Shown: positions 42,181 to 52,669, counted from the stretch's first letter. The stretch: 64,000 bases of DNA from an uncultured Acidobacteriota bacterium (GCA_963700145.1 OY969474.1:1376001-1440000), one strand, 5' to 3'. Numbers and translations are program-made. The notes: generated by a model not told the origin, from the letters alone.

Positions 42181-44129
42181 TCCCGCCGCGCCCGGGCCCG
42201 CGCCCCGCCGCCGCGCAGCACGCGCTCGCCCTCGCGCTCTTCGCGGCGCTGGCGCTCGCCTACTTCCGACCCGTCTGGCGGACGTTCGCCAACCACATCG
42301 CGCCCGACCTCGGCGATCCGCTCTTCGTCCTCTGGGTGCTCAAGTGGGGCGCCCATCAGCTCCGCGACGGGCTCGCCGGCCTCTGGGACGCGCCGATCTT
42401 CTTTCCCGCGCGCTCGACGCTCACCTACTCCGAGCACCTGCTGGGGCCTGCGGCGATCGTCGCGGCGCTGAACGCCGCCGGCGCCGACGCGATCGTCGCC
42501 TACAACCTGCTGCTGGTGGGCTCGTTCGTCCTCTGCGGCTGGAGCGCCTGGTACGTCCTGGCGCGCAGCGGGCTGCCGCCGGCCGCGGCGCTCTTCGGCG
42601 GCGTCGCCTGGGCCTTCTCTCCCTTCCGCGGCGAGCAGCTCAGCCACCTCCAGATCCTGCTCGCCGCGCTGGTGCCGCCGCTGCTCTGGACCTGGGACCG
42701 ACTGCTCGCCGAGCGGAGCTGGCGGCGGGCGGGGCGCTTCCTGGCCCTCTACCTCCTCCACCTCACGGGCTCGGCGTACCTCGCCTACATGGTCCACGTG
42801 CCGCTCGCGGCGCTCCTCGCCAACCGGCTGCCGGCGCTGCGGCGGGAGGGGCTCGACCGCCGCTCGCGCCGGGTGCTCGCGGCCGTGGCGGCGATCGCGG
42901 CGGCGGGCGCCGCTGCGGCCTTCCTCCCCTACTGGCTCACCTGGCGCGAGATCGGCGTGGCGCGCGCGCCGGCCGGGCTGCGCGACCTCGGCGCCAGCGC
43001 CGTGAGCTACCTCATGCCGTGGGACCGGAACTGGTACGGACCGCTCTGGCCGGGTTCGCTCCGCCGCAGCGAGAACTCCCTCTTCGCGGGGGTGCTGCCG
43101 ACTGCGCTGGCGCTCTGGGCGCTCGTGGAGCTCTGGCGGCAGTGGCGCGCGCGCGCCCCGGCGGAGCGGCCGCCTGCGCGCCGCCGGATCGCGGTCCTCG
43201 CTTGCGCCGGGTTGGCCGCCGCCGGCTGGCTCCTCGGCGAGCTGACGACCTGGTGGCGGGCGCCGCTTCATCCGCGCCTCGACGGCTTCCTGCCCGGCGG
43301 CGACTACGACCTGCCGGCCGCGCTCTTCCTGCTTGGCGCCGGCGGCCTTCTCGCGCTCCGGATCCGCCGCCGGCGCCAGGCGCCGCCGGCCGCCGCGCGC
43401 TGGCCGCTCTGGTGGCGCGGGTTGCTGCTCTCCGGCGCGCTCTGCCTGGCGCTGGCGCAGCCGTTTGTCTACCAGCCGGCGGCGCTCCTCCTGCCCGGGC
43501 TCGCGACGATGCGCGTGCCGGCGCGCTTCCACGTCCTGGTCTCGCTGGCGGTGGCGGCGCTGGCCGCGCTCGGCCTCGCCGGGCTCCTGGCGCGGCTGCG
43601 GTCGCCGCGCGCCCGCCGCCTCGCCGGGGCGCTCGCCGTCACCCTTCTCGCGCTCGAGCTGCTGCCCCGGCAGCTCGCCTGGCCGCCGCTCCGCCGCGAG
43701 GCCGAGTTCCCGCCGGTCTACGCCTGGCTCGCCGGCCGCTCCGACGTGCGCGCCCTCCTCGAGCTGCCCTGGCGGGCGCCCGGCCCGACGCCCGAATTGC
43801 GCGACATCCCGATCATGTACCTGGGCACGCGCCACTGGCGGCCGCTGGTCAACGGCTACAGCGGCTACTTCCCCGAGCACTACCAGTGGCTGCGGCAGCG
43901 CTGCTGCTGGCCAGTGCCGCAGGGGGAGGCGCTGGCGGCGCTGCGCCGCTGGGGAGTGACGCACGTCCTGGTACACCGGCGGGAGTTGCTGCGCGGGCAG
44001 CGCCGCGCGCTGCGCCGCTGGGAGGAGACCCCGGGGGTGCGCCGCGTCTACGACCGCGGCGGCGACTTGGTATTCAGGCTAGGAGCCCGTCCCGCTGGGC
44101 GCGGGACGGACAGCGCTCCTAGCCATTGA
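42177..44129 (+). CDS. Polytopic membrane protein, GT-C/YfhO-like
   Basis: GDPLF..W, DAPIFFP..YSEH, MRVPARF and LVNGYSGYFP; GTG overlaps the upstream stop. Confidence 0.72.
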   Translation: MIPPRPGPRPAAAQHALALALFAALALAYFRPVWRTFANHIAPDLGDPLFVLWVLKWGAHQLRDGLAGLWDAPIFFPARSTLTYSEHLLGPAAIVAALNAAGADAIVAYNLLLVGSFVLCGWSAWYVLARSGLPPAAALFGGVAWAFSPFRGEQLSHLQILLAALVPPLLWTWDRLLAERSWRRAGRFLALYLLHLTGSAYLAYMVHVPLAALLANRLPALRREGLDRRSRRVLAAVAAIAAAGAAAAFLPYWLTWREIGVARAPAGLRDLGASAVSYLMPWDRNWYGPLWPGSLRRSENSLFAGVLPTALALWALVELWRQWRARAPAERPPARRRIAVLACAGLAAAGWLLGELTTWWRAPLHPRLDGFLPGGDYDLPAALFLLGAGGLLALRIRRRRQAPPAAARWPLWWRGLLLSGALCLALAQPFVYQPAALLLPGLATMRVPARFHVLVSLAVAALAALGLAGLLARLRSPRARRLAGALAVTLLALELLPRQLAWPPLRREAEFPPVYAWLAGRSDVRALLELPWRAPGPTPELRDIPIMYLGTRHWRPLVNGYSGYFPEHYQWLRQRCCWPVPQGEALAALRRWGVTHVLVHRRELLRGQRRALRRWEETPGVRRVYDRGGDLVFRLGARPAGRGTDSAPSH

Positions 44130-45559
44130 TCGCAGCCCGGCGCGAAAGCCTTCGCGCCTTGCGCCCGGCGCAGGCAGTGGCGGAGGGCCGCCGCCAGCAT
44201 CACCGCGGCCGGCACCAGCCCCTGGAGGAGCAGCCGCTCCCAGGTGACGCCGGCGACGTAGGCCGGGTCCCAGTGCACCGAGTAGGCGAGCCAGCCGATG
44301 GCGAGCGGCGCGGCGGCCGCCGCGGCGAGGACGGCGCCGCGGCGGCGGCGGACGCCCGCCCACCCCGCCGCGAGGACGACCGCGGCCATCCACCAGAAGG
44401 TGCCCCAGCTCGGCGACAGGAAGGTCTTCTCCAGCGCGATCGGCACGAGCACCGGCAGGCGCGTGACGAGCTGCCCCGGCAGGAGGACCGGGTCGAGGAG
44501 CGCGAAGTAGCCCTCGTCGTGCCGGTTGGGGATGCCGGCGCGCCAGGAGGCGAGGAGGAGCAGGGCGACGAGGACGGGGAGAGCGGCGGCGGCGACCGGC
44601 GCCAGGGCGCGGGCGAAACGGCGGCGGCGCGCGAGACGATGGATGTGCCGCCACGGCCGCGTGCGGTAGAGCGCCGCGAGGAGCAGGGCGGCAGGGGCGA
44701 GGAGAGCGCCTTCGTTCTTGGCCAGCGCGGCGCCGGCCAAGAGGAGCCCGGCGGCGAGGCCGTCGAGCGGGCGCAGGCGCGGACGCAGGAGGAGCAGCAG
44801 ACCGGCGCCGTAGAGGCAGGCGAGCGGCAGGTCGCTGTAGGCGCCAGCGGCCCGCCCTTCGCCGACGAAGGAGAGGAGCGGCACCGGCGCGACCGCCAGC
44901 ACCGCGAGCGCCGCCGCCGTCCTGCCGGCGCGGCGGCGGGCGCCGTCCCACACCAGCAGCAGGAGGACCGGGTAGAAGGCTGCGTAGAGGGCGCGGAACG
45001 GCTGCTCGTCCGGCCCGGCCCCGGCCACCTCCTGCGCCGCCGCCTGCGCCACCGGCAGGAGGAGCGGGTAGCGCGGGTGGGTGACGAACCACTTCTCGCG
45101 CACCAGGACGGTCGGCGAGACGGTGCCTTCGTGGCGCACGTAGGCCGCCTGCGCCGCCCAGGTCATGCGGCCGTCCCAGTCGTCGAGCGGCGCGGTGAGG
45201 GCCTCGGCGAAGACGGCGAGGGAGACGCAGGCGACGAGGGCGGCGGCGGCGATTGGGAGAATCGAAAGAGGCTGGGTAGAGAGTTTGGGCCGGCGGGGTT
45301 GCCGCCGCCACCGTGCGAGCACGCCGAGGAGGATCGAGACGGCGGCTAGGGCGAGGACCGACGGCGTGCGGAGCGGGAGAGCGACGAGGTGCGATCCCGC
45401 GTAGAGGCCGCCCGCTACCAAGCAGAGGCCGAGGAGGTAGGAGTAGGCGAGCCGGCGGACAATGGGCAGACGCCGCAGCGCGGGAACGAGCTCGGCGAGC
45501 CCGAGCCCGGCGGCGGCGAACAGCGCGACGGCGAGGAGGCCGCCGAGCGCCTCTCTCAC
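44048..45559 (-). CDS. Polytopic membrane protein, GT-C-like
   Basis: DWDGRMTW, HPRYPLLLP, YSDLPLA and KNEG; multiple TM helices. Confidence 0.7.
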   Translation of the reverse strand: MREALGGLLAVALFAAAGLGLAELVPALRRLPIVRRLAYSYLLGLCLVAGGLYAGSHLVALPLRTPSVLALAAVSILLGVLARWRRQPRRPKLSTQPLSILPIAAAALVACVSLAVFAEALTAPLDDWDGRMTWAAQAAYVRHEGTVSPTVLVREKWFVTHPRYPLLLPVAQAAAQEVAGAGPDEQPFRALYAAFYPVLLLLVWDGARRRAGRTAAALAVLAVAPVPLLSFVGEGRAAGAYSDLPLACLYGAGLLLLLRPRLRPLDGLAAGLLLAGAALAKNEGALLAPAALLLAALYRTRPWRHIHRLARRRRFARALAPVAAAALPVLVALLLLASWRAGIPNRHDEGYFALLDPVLLPGQLVTRLPVLVPIALEKTFLSPSWGTFWWMAAVVLAAGWAGVRRRRGAVLAAAAAAPLAIGWLAYSVHWDPAYVAGVTWERLLLQGLVPAAVMLAAALRHCLRRAQGAKAFAPGCDQWLGALSVPRPAGRAPSLNTKSPPRS

Positions 45560-46011
45560 CTGGCTTTCCTTTCCAGCGAGCGCAGGAAGGCGGCGCGATC
45601 GAGGACTTCCGGCGGCCGGCGGCCGCCCGTCGCCAGGACCACGACCCGCGCCCGCGCCGGCAGGCGCGGCCGCAGCTCGGCCGGCGGCGGCAGCTCCGAG
45701 AGCTTGCCGAGGAAGAGAACCCGCCGCGGCGCGAGGTCGAAGCGCACCCAAAACGGCGCGCCTTCTTCTTGCTCCTGCGCGTCGACGAGCAGGTAGACGC
45801 CGTCCTCGGGGATCGCGCGGCGTGCCTCCTCGATCACCGCAACGTAGGCGGCGCCGAAGACACGTTGCCGTGCTGCGTGTGGCGTCTCGTCCAGGTGCTG
45901 CGCGGCGGCGAGGAGCCGGCGGGCGGAGCGCGCGAGCGCGAACGGCACGGCGACGGCGAGGTGCAGGACGAGGACGAAGAGTGCGACGCGGGACAGAAGG
46001 CGGGAGCTCAC
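45556..46011 (-). CDS. Hypothetical membrane-anchored protein
   Basis: N-terminal TM helix; 4-nt overlap with the downstream gene. Confidence 0.6.
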   Translation of the reverse strand: MSSRLLSRVALFVLVLHLAVAVPFALARSARRLLAAAQHLDETPHAARQRVFGAAYVAVIEEARRAIPEDGVYLLVDAQEQEEGAPFWVRFDLAPRRVLFLGKLSELPPPAELRPRLPARARVVVLATGGRRPPEVLDRAAFLRSLERKAR

Positions 46012-46040
46012 CTGTAAGGTCGTATCACAGGCGAGCCTTC

Positions 46041-46140
46041 CCCCCACCCAGATCCCTCGGCTTCGCTCGGGATGACAGATGAGGGGCCATCCTCGCGCAC
46101 TACCCAACGCCGTCATCCTGAGCGTAGCGAAGGATCTGGG
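46041..46140. repeat. Inverted pair of second-family REP-like repeats between divergent genes
   Basis: 46041-46077 reads TGTCATCCCGAGCGAAGCCGAGGGATCTGGGTGGGGG on minus; 46112-46140 reads GTCATCCTGAGCGTAGCGAAGGATCTGGG on plus. Confidence 0.78.
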
Positions 46141-46169
46141 GGAGGAGTTCGACCGTAAGATCAGCCGGC

Positions 46170-47285
46170 ATGCCCTCCCGCCCCACCGTCGCCGTGGACC
46201 TGCGCGCGCTGGTGCCGGCGGCGACGGGGATCGGGGTTTACACGCGGTCGCTCCTCCTCGCGCTCGCGGCGCGCGGGGGGTTCGGCTACCTCGGCATGGC
46301 GCATCGGCCGGTCGCCGTCGCCGACGAGCTGGCGGCGGGCGGCGTCCCGAGCGAGAGCCACGGCGGGCCGCTCGGGATCGTCTGGCAGCAGCTCCTGCTG
46401 CCGCGCCGGCTGGCGCGCGGCGACGTCGACCTCTACTGGTCGCCGCTCTTTACCCTGCCGCTCCGCTGCCCGGTGCCCGGGGTCGTCACCGTCCACGACC
46501 TCACCGCGATCCTCCTTCCCGAGACCCACCGCTTCAAGGTGCGCTGGAGCCTGCTGCCCTTCCTCCGCCAGTCGCTGGAGCAGGCGCGGCGGGTGATCGC
46601 CATCTCGGAGGCCACCGCCGCCGACCTGCGCACGCACTTCCCGCAGGTGACCGACAAGGTGCGCGTCGTCCTCTCCGGCATCGACCCCGACTTCCGCCCC
46701 GGCGACCCCGACACGATCGCCGCCACCCGCCGCGAGCTGGGCGCACCGGATGGTTACCTCCTCTACACCGGCACCCTCGAGCCGCGGAAGGGCCTCCACC
46801 TTCTCCTCGACGCCTGGGAGGCGCTGCGCGACCGCGGCGGCGAGGTGCCGCCGCTCCTCCTCGCCGGGCCGTACGGCTGGGGGAGCCGCGACCTGGTGCG
46901 GCGGATCGAGCGGCTGCGGCCGGAGGGCGTCACGGCGCTCGGGCGCCTGCCGCGGGCGCGGCTGGTCGAGGTCGTCCAGGCGGCGCGCGTCTTCCTCTAC
47001 CCGACGCTTTACGAGGGGTTCGGGTTCCCGCCGGCCGAGGCGCTGGCCTGCGGCGTGCCGGTGGTGGCGACGAACAGCTCCAGCCTGCCCGAGGTGCTGG
47101 GCGACGCCGGCCTGCTGGTCGAGCCCGGCGACGCCGGTGCCCTCGCCGGCGCCATTGAGCGGGTCCTCGCCGATCCCACGCTCGCCGCCGACCTCGCGGC
47201 GCGCGGCCCGGTGCAGGCGGCGCGTTTCCGCTGGGAGAGCTGCGCGGCGGCGACCGAGGAGGTCTTCCGCGAGGCCCTAGAATGA
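46170..47285 (+). CDS. Glycosyltransferase family 4 (group 1)
   Basis: TGIGVY, TVHDL, GTLEPRKG and YEGFGFPPAEALACG. Confidence 0.92.
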   Translation: MPSRPTVAVDLRALVPAATGIGVYTRSLLLALAARGGFGYLGMAHRPVAVADELAAGGVPSESHGGPLGIVWQQLLLPRRLARGDVDLYWSPLFTLPLRCPVPGVVTVHDLTAILLPETHRFKVRWSLLPFLRQSLEQARRVIAISEATAADLRTHFPQVTDKVRVVLSGIDPDFRPGDPDTIAATRRELGAPDGYLLYTGTLEPRKGLHLLLDAWEALRDRGGEVPPLLLAGPYGWGSRDLVRRIERLRPEGVTALGRLPRARLVEVVQAARVFLYPTLYEGFGFPPAEALACGVPVVATNSSSLPEVLGDAGLLVEPGDAGALAGAIERVLADPTLAADLAARGPVQAARFRWESCAAATEEVFREALE

Positions 47286-48475
47286 CGCCGGTGCCCTACA
47301 CGATCGGACTCGACGCCCGCAAGCTGCGCGACTTCGGCATCGGCACCTACGTCCGCAACCTGGTGCGCGGGCTGGCGGCGATCGACTCCGAGAACCGCTA
47401 CGTGCTGCTCGTCGGCCCGGCCGGGCGCGAGATCCTCTCCGACCTGCCCGACAACTTCCGCCTCGTCCTCGAGCCGTCGCCGGTCTACTCGCTGCGCGAG
47501 ATGGCGGTCCTCTCCTGGCGCCTGCTGCGCCTCCGCCTCGACCTCTACCACGCCACCCACTACGTGCTGCCGGTCTACGTCCGCCCGCGCGTCGTGGTGA
47601 CGATCCACGACATCATCCACCTCCTCTACCCCGAGTTCCTGCCCAACACTCTGGCCTTCCTCTACGCCCAGCGGATGATCCGCAGCAGTCTCCAGCGCGG
47701 CACGCGCATCATCGCCGTCTCGCAGAGCACCAAGGCCGACTTGCAGGAGCACTTCGACGTCGATCCGGGGAAGATCCAGGTCATCCACAACGGCGTCGAG
47801 GAGGAGTACCGGCAGCGCATCCCCGACGAGGAGCTGGAGCGGCGGCTGCGCGCCCTCGGGCTCAGCCGCCCCTATTTGCTCTTCGTCGGCAACCCCAAGC
47901 CGCACAAGAACCTCGACCGCGTGGTGCGGGCCTACGCCCGCGCCCGCGAGCTGGCGCCGTTCGACGCGCCTCTCGTCTGCGTCGGCGACCGCGGCAGCCA
48001 GGAGTTCAAGATCCGGCAGCGGGCGCTGAACCTCGGGCTCGGCGACAGCGTCCGCCTCCTCGGCCACGTGGCGCAGGAGGTGCTGCCGGCGATCTACCAG
48101 GGGGCGACGCTCTTCCTCTACCCGACGCTCTACGAGGGCTTCGGGCTGCCGGTGGTGGAGGCGATGGCCTCGGGGGTGGCGGTCATCACCTCGAACACCT
48201 CGGCGCTCAAGGAGGTGGCCGAGGGGTACGCGCACCTCGTCGACCCGCTCGACGTCGAGGGGATGGCGAAGGCGATCGCGCGCTGCATGTCCGACCCCGA
48301 GCACCGGGCGACGCTGGCCAAGCTCGGGCAGCGCCGGGCGGAGGACTTCCGCTGGGAGAAGGCGGCGCGCAAGACCCTCGCCGTCTACCGTGCGGCGCTC
48401 GAGGCGCCCGAGCCGGCGGCCCCGGTGCCGGCTGAAGCGCAGTCCGGCGAGTGGCGGACCGGGGCGGCGCCTTGA
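47282..48475 (+). CDS. Glycosyltransferase family 4 (group 1)
   Basis: GIGTY, TIHDII, KPHKN and YEGFGLPVVEAMASG. Confidence 0.92.
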   Translation: MTPVPYTIGLDARKLRDFGIGTYVRNLVRGLAAIDSENRYVLLVGPAGREILSDLPDNFRLVLEPSPVYSLREMAVLSWRLLRLRLDLYHATHYVLPVYVRPRVVVTIHDIIHLLYPEFLPNTLAFLYAQRMIRSSLQRGTRIIAVSQSTKADLQEHFDVDPGKIQVIHNGVEEEYRQRIPDEELERRLRALGLSRPYLLFVGNPKPHKNLDRVVRAYARARELAPFDAPLVCVGDRGSQEFKIRQRALNLGLGDSVRLLGHVAQEVLPAIYQGATLFLYPTLYEGFGLPVVEAMASGVAVITSNTSALKEVAEGYAHLVDPLDVEGMAKAIARCMSDPEHRATLAKLGQRRAEDFRWEKAARKTLAVYRAALEAPEPAAPVPAEAQSGEWRTGAAP

Positions 48476-49617
48476 GCGCGGCGACGCCGCGCGCCGCACT
48501 GGTCCACGACTGGCTCACCGGCATGCGCGGCGGCGAGAAGGTGCTGGAGGTCCTCGGCGACCTCTTCCCCGCCGCCCCGATCCACACCCTCTTCCACTTC
48601 CCCGGCAGCGTCAGCCCGGCGATCGAGGGCCACCCGATCCGCACGAGCTGGCTGCAGCGCGCTCCCGGCGTGCGCCGCCACTACCGGCGCTACCTGCCGC
48701 TCTTCCCGCGGGCGATCGAACGCTTCGACCTCGCCGGCTACGACCTCGTCGTCTCCACCAGCCACTGCGTCGCCAAGGGAGCGGTCCCGGCGCCCGGCGC
48801 GCGGCACGTCTGCTACTGCCACACGCCGATGCGCTACGTCTGGGACCAGGAGCACGCCTACTTCCCGCGCCGCACCGGCCTTACGGCGCGGCTGCGCGGG
48901 CCCGTCCTCGACCGCCTGCGCGCCTGGGACGTCGCCTCCGCCTCGCGCGTACACCAGTTCGTGGCCAACTCCTCCTTCGTGGCGCAGCGCATCCGCCGCT
49001 ACTACGGCCGCGAGGCCGAGGTGGTCCACCCGCCGGTAGACGTGGACTTCTTCACCCCCGCGGCGGGCGCGGAGGCGCGCCGCGCCCCCGGCGGCTACTG
49101 CCTGGTGGTCTCGGCGCTGGCGCCGTACAAGCGGGTCGAGTGGGCGATCGCAGCCTGCGCCAAGGCCGGGGTCGAGCTGCGCGTCGTCGGCGACGGCCCC
49201 GAGCGCGGGCGGTTGGCGCGCCTCGCCGGGCCGGGCGCCCGCCTCCTCGGACGGGTGGGCGGCGCGGCCCTCCGCGACCTCTATCGCGGCGCCCTCTGCC
49301 TCCTCCAGCCGGGGGTCGAGGACTTCGGCATCGCCTCGGTCGAGGCCCTGGCCTCGGGCACGCCGGTCGTGGCGCTGGGCCAGGGCGGGGTGCTCGACGT
49401 GGTCGAGGACGGCGTCCACGGCGTCCTCACCCGCACCGAGGGGGACCTCGACGAGCTCGCCGCCGCGATTGACACCGTGCGCCGGATGTGCTTTAGTCAG
49501 ACTAGTTTACGGGCTCGGTCGGAGGCGTTCTCGTCGCACCTCTTCGCCGAGCGCATGCGCTCTCTGTTGCTCCCGCAGTCGGCTTTTGCGTCCAGTGTGA
49601 GGGGTTCCGCCTCTTGA
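48472..49617 (+). CDS. Glycosyltransferase family 4
   Basis: HDWLTGMRGGEKV, YCHTPMRY and EDFGIASVEA. Confidence 0.92.
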   Translation: MSAATPRAALVHDWLTGMRGGEKVLEVLGDLFPAAPIHTLFHFPGSVSPAIEGHPIRTSWLQRAPGVRRHYRRYLPLFPRAIERFDLAGYDLVVSTSHCVAKGAVPAPGARHVCYCHTPMRYVWDQEHAYFPRRTGLTARLRGPVLDRLRAWDVASASRVHQFVANSSFVAQRIRRYYGREAEVVHPPVDVDFFTPAAGAEARRAPGGYCLVVSALAPYKRVEWAIAACAKAGVELRVVGDGPERGRLARLAGPGARLLGRVGGAALRDLYRGALCLLQPGVEDFGIASVEALASGTPVVALGQGGVLDVVEDGVHGVLTRTEGDLDELAAAIDTVRRMCFSQTSLRARSEAFSSHLFAERMRSLLLPQSAFASSVRGSAS

Positions 49618-51041
49618 TTCGTCAGCGCCACCGCGTCTCGAAAAGCGTCTATCTCGCCGGCGACGTCCTCGCCACCGCTCTCGCGTACGTCGCCGCCTGG
49701 CTCCTCCGCTTCGAGGTGGAGGTCATCCCGGTCACCAAGAACGTGCCGGCGGTCGAGCCCTACCTGACGCTGCTGCCGGTCGCCCTCGTCCTCTTCCCCG
49801 TCGTCTTCCACTTCCACGGCCTCTACCAGACCCGCCGCGGCAGGAGCCGCGTGGACGAGGTGCTGACGATCCTGGTGGCGGTGCTGCTGGCGACGGTCCT
49901 GCTCTCGGTGGTCATCGCCTGGTACCGCCCGCCGGCGGCGCCCGGGAGCAACGAGTACTTCACCTACAGCCGCGCCTTCCTCGCCCTCTTCGCGCTCACG
50001 GACCTCCTCTTCGTCGGCGCGGCGCGCATGGGCATCCGCGAGCTGCTGCGGCGCATCCGCCTCTCCGGCCACAACCTGCAGCGCATCCTGGTGATCGGCG
50101 CCGGTCAGCTCGGCCGTGAGATCACCCAGAAGCTGGTCGCCCACCGCGACCTGGGCTTCGAGGTGGTGGGCTTCCTCGACGACGACCCCGGCAAGCAGCT
50201 CAAGCACTTCGCCGGCGCGCCGGTGCTCGGGACGCTGAAGCAGGCCGAGGAGGTGGTGTCGCGCCACGACGTCGACCAGGTCTACATCGCCCTGCCGCTC
50301 GACGCGCACAAGAAGACGCTGCAGATCCTCCAGCGTATGGGCCGCGAGATGGTGGACATCAAGCTGGTGCCCGACATCCTCCAGTACGCCACCTTGAAGG
50401 CGACGCTGGAGGACGTGGACGGCACGCCGGTCATCAACCTCTCGCAGGTGCCGCTCCAGGGGTGGAGCAGCCTGGTCAAGCGCGGCATGGACGTGGCGAT
50501 GGCGGCGGCGGCGCTCGCGGTGCTGGCGCCCTTCCTGCCCTTCGCCGCCCTCCTCATCTGGCTCGAGGACCGCGGCCCGATCTTCTACCGCCAGGAGCGC
50601 ATGGGGCTGGACGGCAGGCCGTTCATGATCCTCAAGTTCCGCTCGATGCGGGTGGACGCCGAGGCCTCCAGCGGGCCGGTGTGGGCGATCCGCAACGATC
50701 CGCGGCGGACGCGGGTGGGGGGCCTCCTCCGCCGCTGGTCGGTCGACGAGCTGCCGCAGCTCTGGAACGTGCTGGTCGGCGACATGTCGATCGTCGGCCC
50801 GCGCCCCGAGCGGCCGAGCTTCGTGCGCGAGTTCAAGCACAAGATCCCGCAGTACATGCTGCGCCACCGGGTCAAGAGCGGCATCACCGGCTGGGCCCAG
50901 GTCCACGGCTGGCGCGGCAACACCTCGATCAAGAAGCGCATCCAGTACGACCTCTACTACATCGAGAACTGGTCGCTGTCGCTCGACCTCAAAATCCTCT
51001 GGATGACCCTCCGCCAGGGGCTGCGGCACAACGCGTACTAG
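49614..51041 (+). CDS. Undecaprenyl-phosphate sugar-1-phosphate transferase (WcaJ-like priming glycosyltransferase)
   Basis: KFRSM, DELPQLWNVLVGDMSIVGPRPE, GITGWAQ and DLYYIENWS. Confidence 0.93.
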   Translation: MIRQRHRVSKSVYLAGDVLATALAYVAAWLLRFEVEVIPVTKNVPAVEPYLTLLPVALVLFPVVFHFHGLYQTRRGRSRVDEVLTILVAVLLATVLLSVVIAWYRPPAAPGSNEYFTYSRAFLALFALTDLLFVGAARMGIRELLRRIRLSGHNLQRILVIGAGQLGREITQKLVAHRDLGFEVVGFLDDDPGKQLKHFAGAPVLGTLKQAEEVVSRHDVDQVYIALPLDAHKKTLQILQRMGREMVDIKLVPDILQYATLKATLEDVDGTPVINLSQVPLQGWSSLVKRGMDVAMAAAALAVLAPFLPFAALLIWLEDRGPIFYRQERMGLDGRPFMILKFRSMRVDAEASSGPVWAIRNDPRRTRVGGLLRRWSVDELPQLWNVLVGDMSIVGPRPERPSFVREFKHKIPQYMLRHRVKSGITGWAQVHGWRGNTSIKKRIQYDLYYIENWSLSLDLKILWMTLRQGLRHNAY

Positions 51042-51148
51042 TGCCGGCTGTCCCGTCTCCACGTTCCGGCAGCACTTCAACAGTTAGCACAGTGCCGATA
51101 AATCTGACCGCCCGAGGACCGCCTCGGATCGCTGAAAGGGAGATCTCT

Positions 51149-52663
51149 ATGTCCAGGAAGTCGAAGTGTGTCTTCTCGATCGTGGCCGGGCTACTGTTCG
51201 CGATTCCCGTCGCCGCACAGCAAAAGGATCTCACGTACAACACCGTCACCCCCTGCTTCATCCTCAACACCTTCGCGGCCGGCGGACAGTTCGCGGCCAA
51301 CGAGACCCGCATCTACAACGTGGTCGGAAGCGGCAGCCTCGCGGGTCAGGGTGGATCGGCGAGCGGCTGCGGCATACCCGGCTTCTCGAACGGCATCGCG
51401 CGGGTTCAAGCGGTGGCGATCAATGTAGTGGTGGTGAATCCAACGGGAGGAGGGCACGTCTGGGCTGTCGCGGCGGACGCAGCTATTACCGGCAGTACGG
51501 GGGCTTTTATGAACTTCCCTGCCGCCCCGCCCGGCAGCTGCTGTATAAGCCTCTCCAACACCGGCCCCGTGGCGGTGGCGCAGACCTCCAGTGTCGGCGA
51601 CATCAAGATCCAGGTCGCAGGAAGCGGCGCCCACTTGGTCGCCTCCGTCGTCGGCTACTACACGCGCTTCGGCGAGACCATCACGGTCGGCCCCGGCGCG
51701 ACGCCGGCGGCGAGCGGCACGGCGCTCCTCAACGCCCTCACCAGCATCGCCGACAACTCGGCCGCCAAGCCCTACCTGATCAAGCTGGAGCCGGGCGTCT
51801 ACGACGTCGGCGACAACCGGCTGCAAATGAAGTCGTTCGTCGACATCGAGGGCTCCGGCCGCAACGTCTCGACCATCCAGGGGGCAGGAAACCCGGGCGG
51901 CGAGTTCAGCACAGGTGTCGTGGTCGGTGCGAGCTCGGCCGAGTTGCGCAACCTGACGCTCAAGGGAGTGGGTTCGGGCTCCCGGCCCTTCGTCATTCCC
52001 CTCTCCAACACCGGTAGCTCACCAACAATCCGCAACGTCGCCATCATCTCGAGCGGTGGCACGAACCATTGGGGTATCCGCAATCTGAACGCCAGCCCGA
52101 CGGTCGAGGACGTCAGCATCACGGTGACCGCCACTGGCAACGCAACCTACGGGATATCCAACAACGGCCCCTCGAGCCCAAAGATCCGGCGCACCGAGAT
52201 CAACGTGACGAACTCCGCTGGCATCCTTCCCACCATCGGCATTTTCTGGGATGGGCTCGGCGTAGCCGTCGAGCTCCGCGAGGTGCGCATCGACGTTTCG
52301 GGGGCGAGCGATGCCTATGGCGTGCGGCAGTCGGGAACAAGCGGCGGGATCATGCTGACGATCGAGGACTCGACGATCAACGCACGCACAGCCTCCACCA
52401 CCTACGGCGTCTACATACAGGGCGGCAGTCTCTTCGTGTCACAGAGCAAGATCCGCGGGCTCGGGCCTGGTGGCACGGGCATTTTCAGCTCTTTTGGCTC
52501 GGCAACGATCGACCACTCGGAGGTTGCCGGCGACGTCGCAACGGTGTCGGCATTTGGACCCGCGCAAATCGGCGCGACACTGCTCGACGGTGGGTCAGCC
52601 TCCGGCACCTGCGCCGGCGTCTACGACGAGAACTACACGTTCTTCGCCTCGACCTGTCCGTAG
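51149..52663 (+). CDS. Secreted protein with N-terminal TPC-type surface domain and right-handed beta-helix (pectin-lyase-like)
   Basis: Signal peptide, TPCFILNT..CGIP, PYLIKLEPGVY, VDIEGSG, then repeated (Y/W)GI.N..SP beta-helix coils. Confidence 0.75.
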   Translation: MSRKSKCVFSIVAGLLFAIPVAAQQKDLTYNTVTPCFILNTFAAGGQFAANETRIYNVVGSGSLAGQGGSASGCGIPGFSNGIARVQAVAINVVVVNPTGGGHVWAVAADAAITGSTGAFMNFPAAPPGSCCISLSNTGPVAVAQTSSVGDIKIQVAGSGAHLVASVVGYYTRFGETITVGPGATPAASGTALLNALTSIADNSAAKPYLIKLEPGVYDVGDNRLQMKSFVDIEGSGRNVSTIQGAGNPGGEFSTGVVVGASSAELRNLTLKGVGSGSRPFVIPLSNTGSSPTIRNVAIISSGGTNHWGIRNLNASPTVEDVSITVTATGNATYGISNNGPSSPKIRRTEINVTNSAGILPTIGIFWDGLGVAVELREVRIDVSGASDAYGVRQSGTSGGIMLTIEDSTINARTASTTYGVYIQGGSLFVSQSKIRGLGPGGTGIFSSFGSATIDHSEVAGDVATVSAFGPAQIGATLLDGGSASGTCAGVYDENYTFFASTCP

Positions 52664-52669
52664 GCGGAG

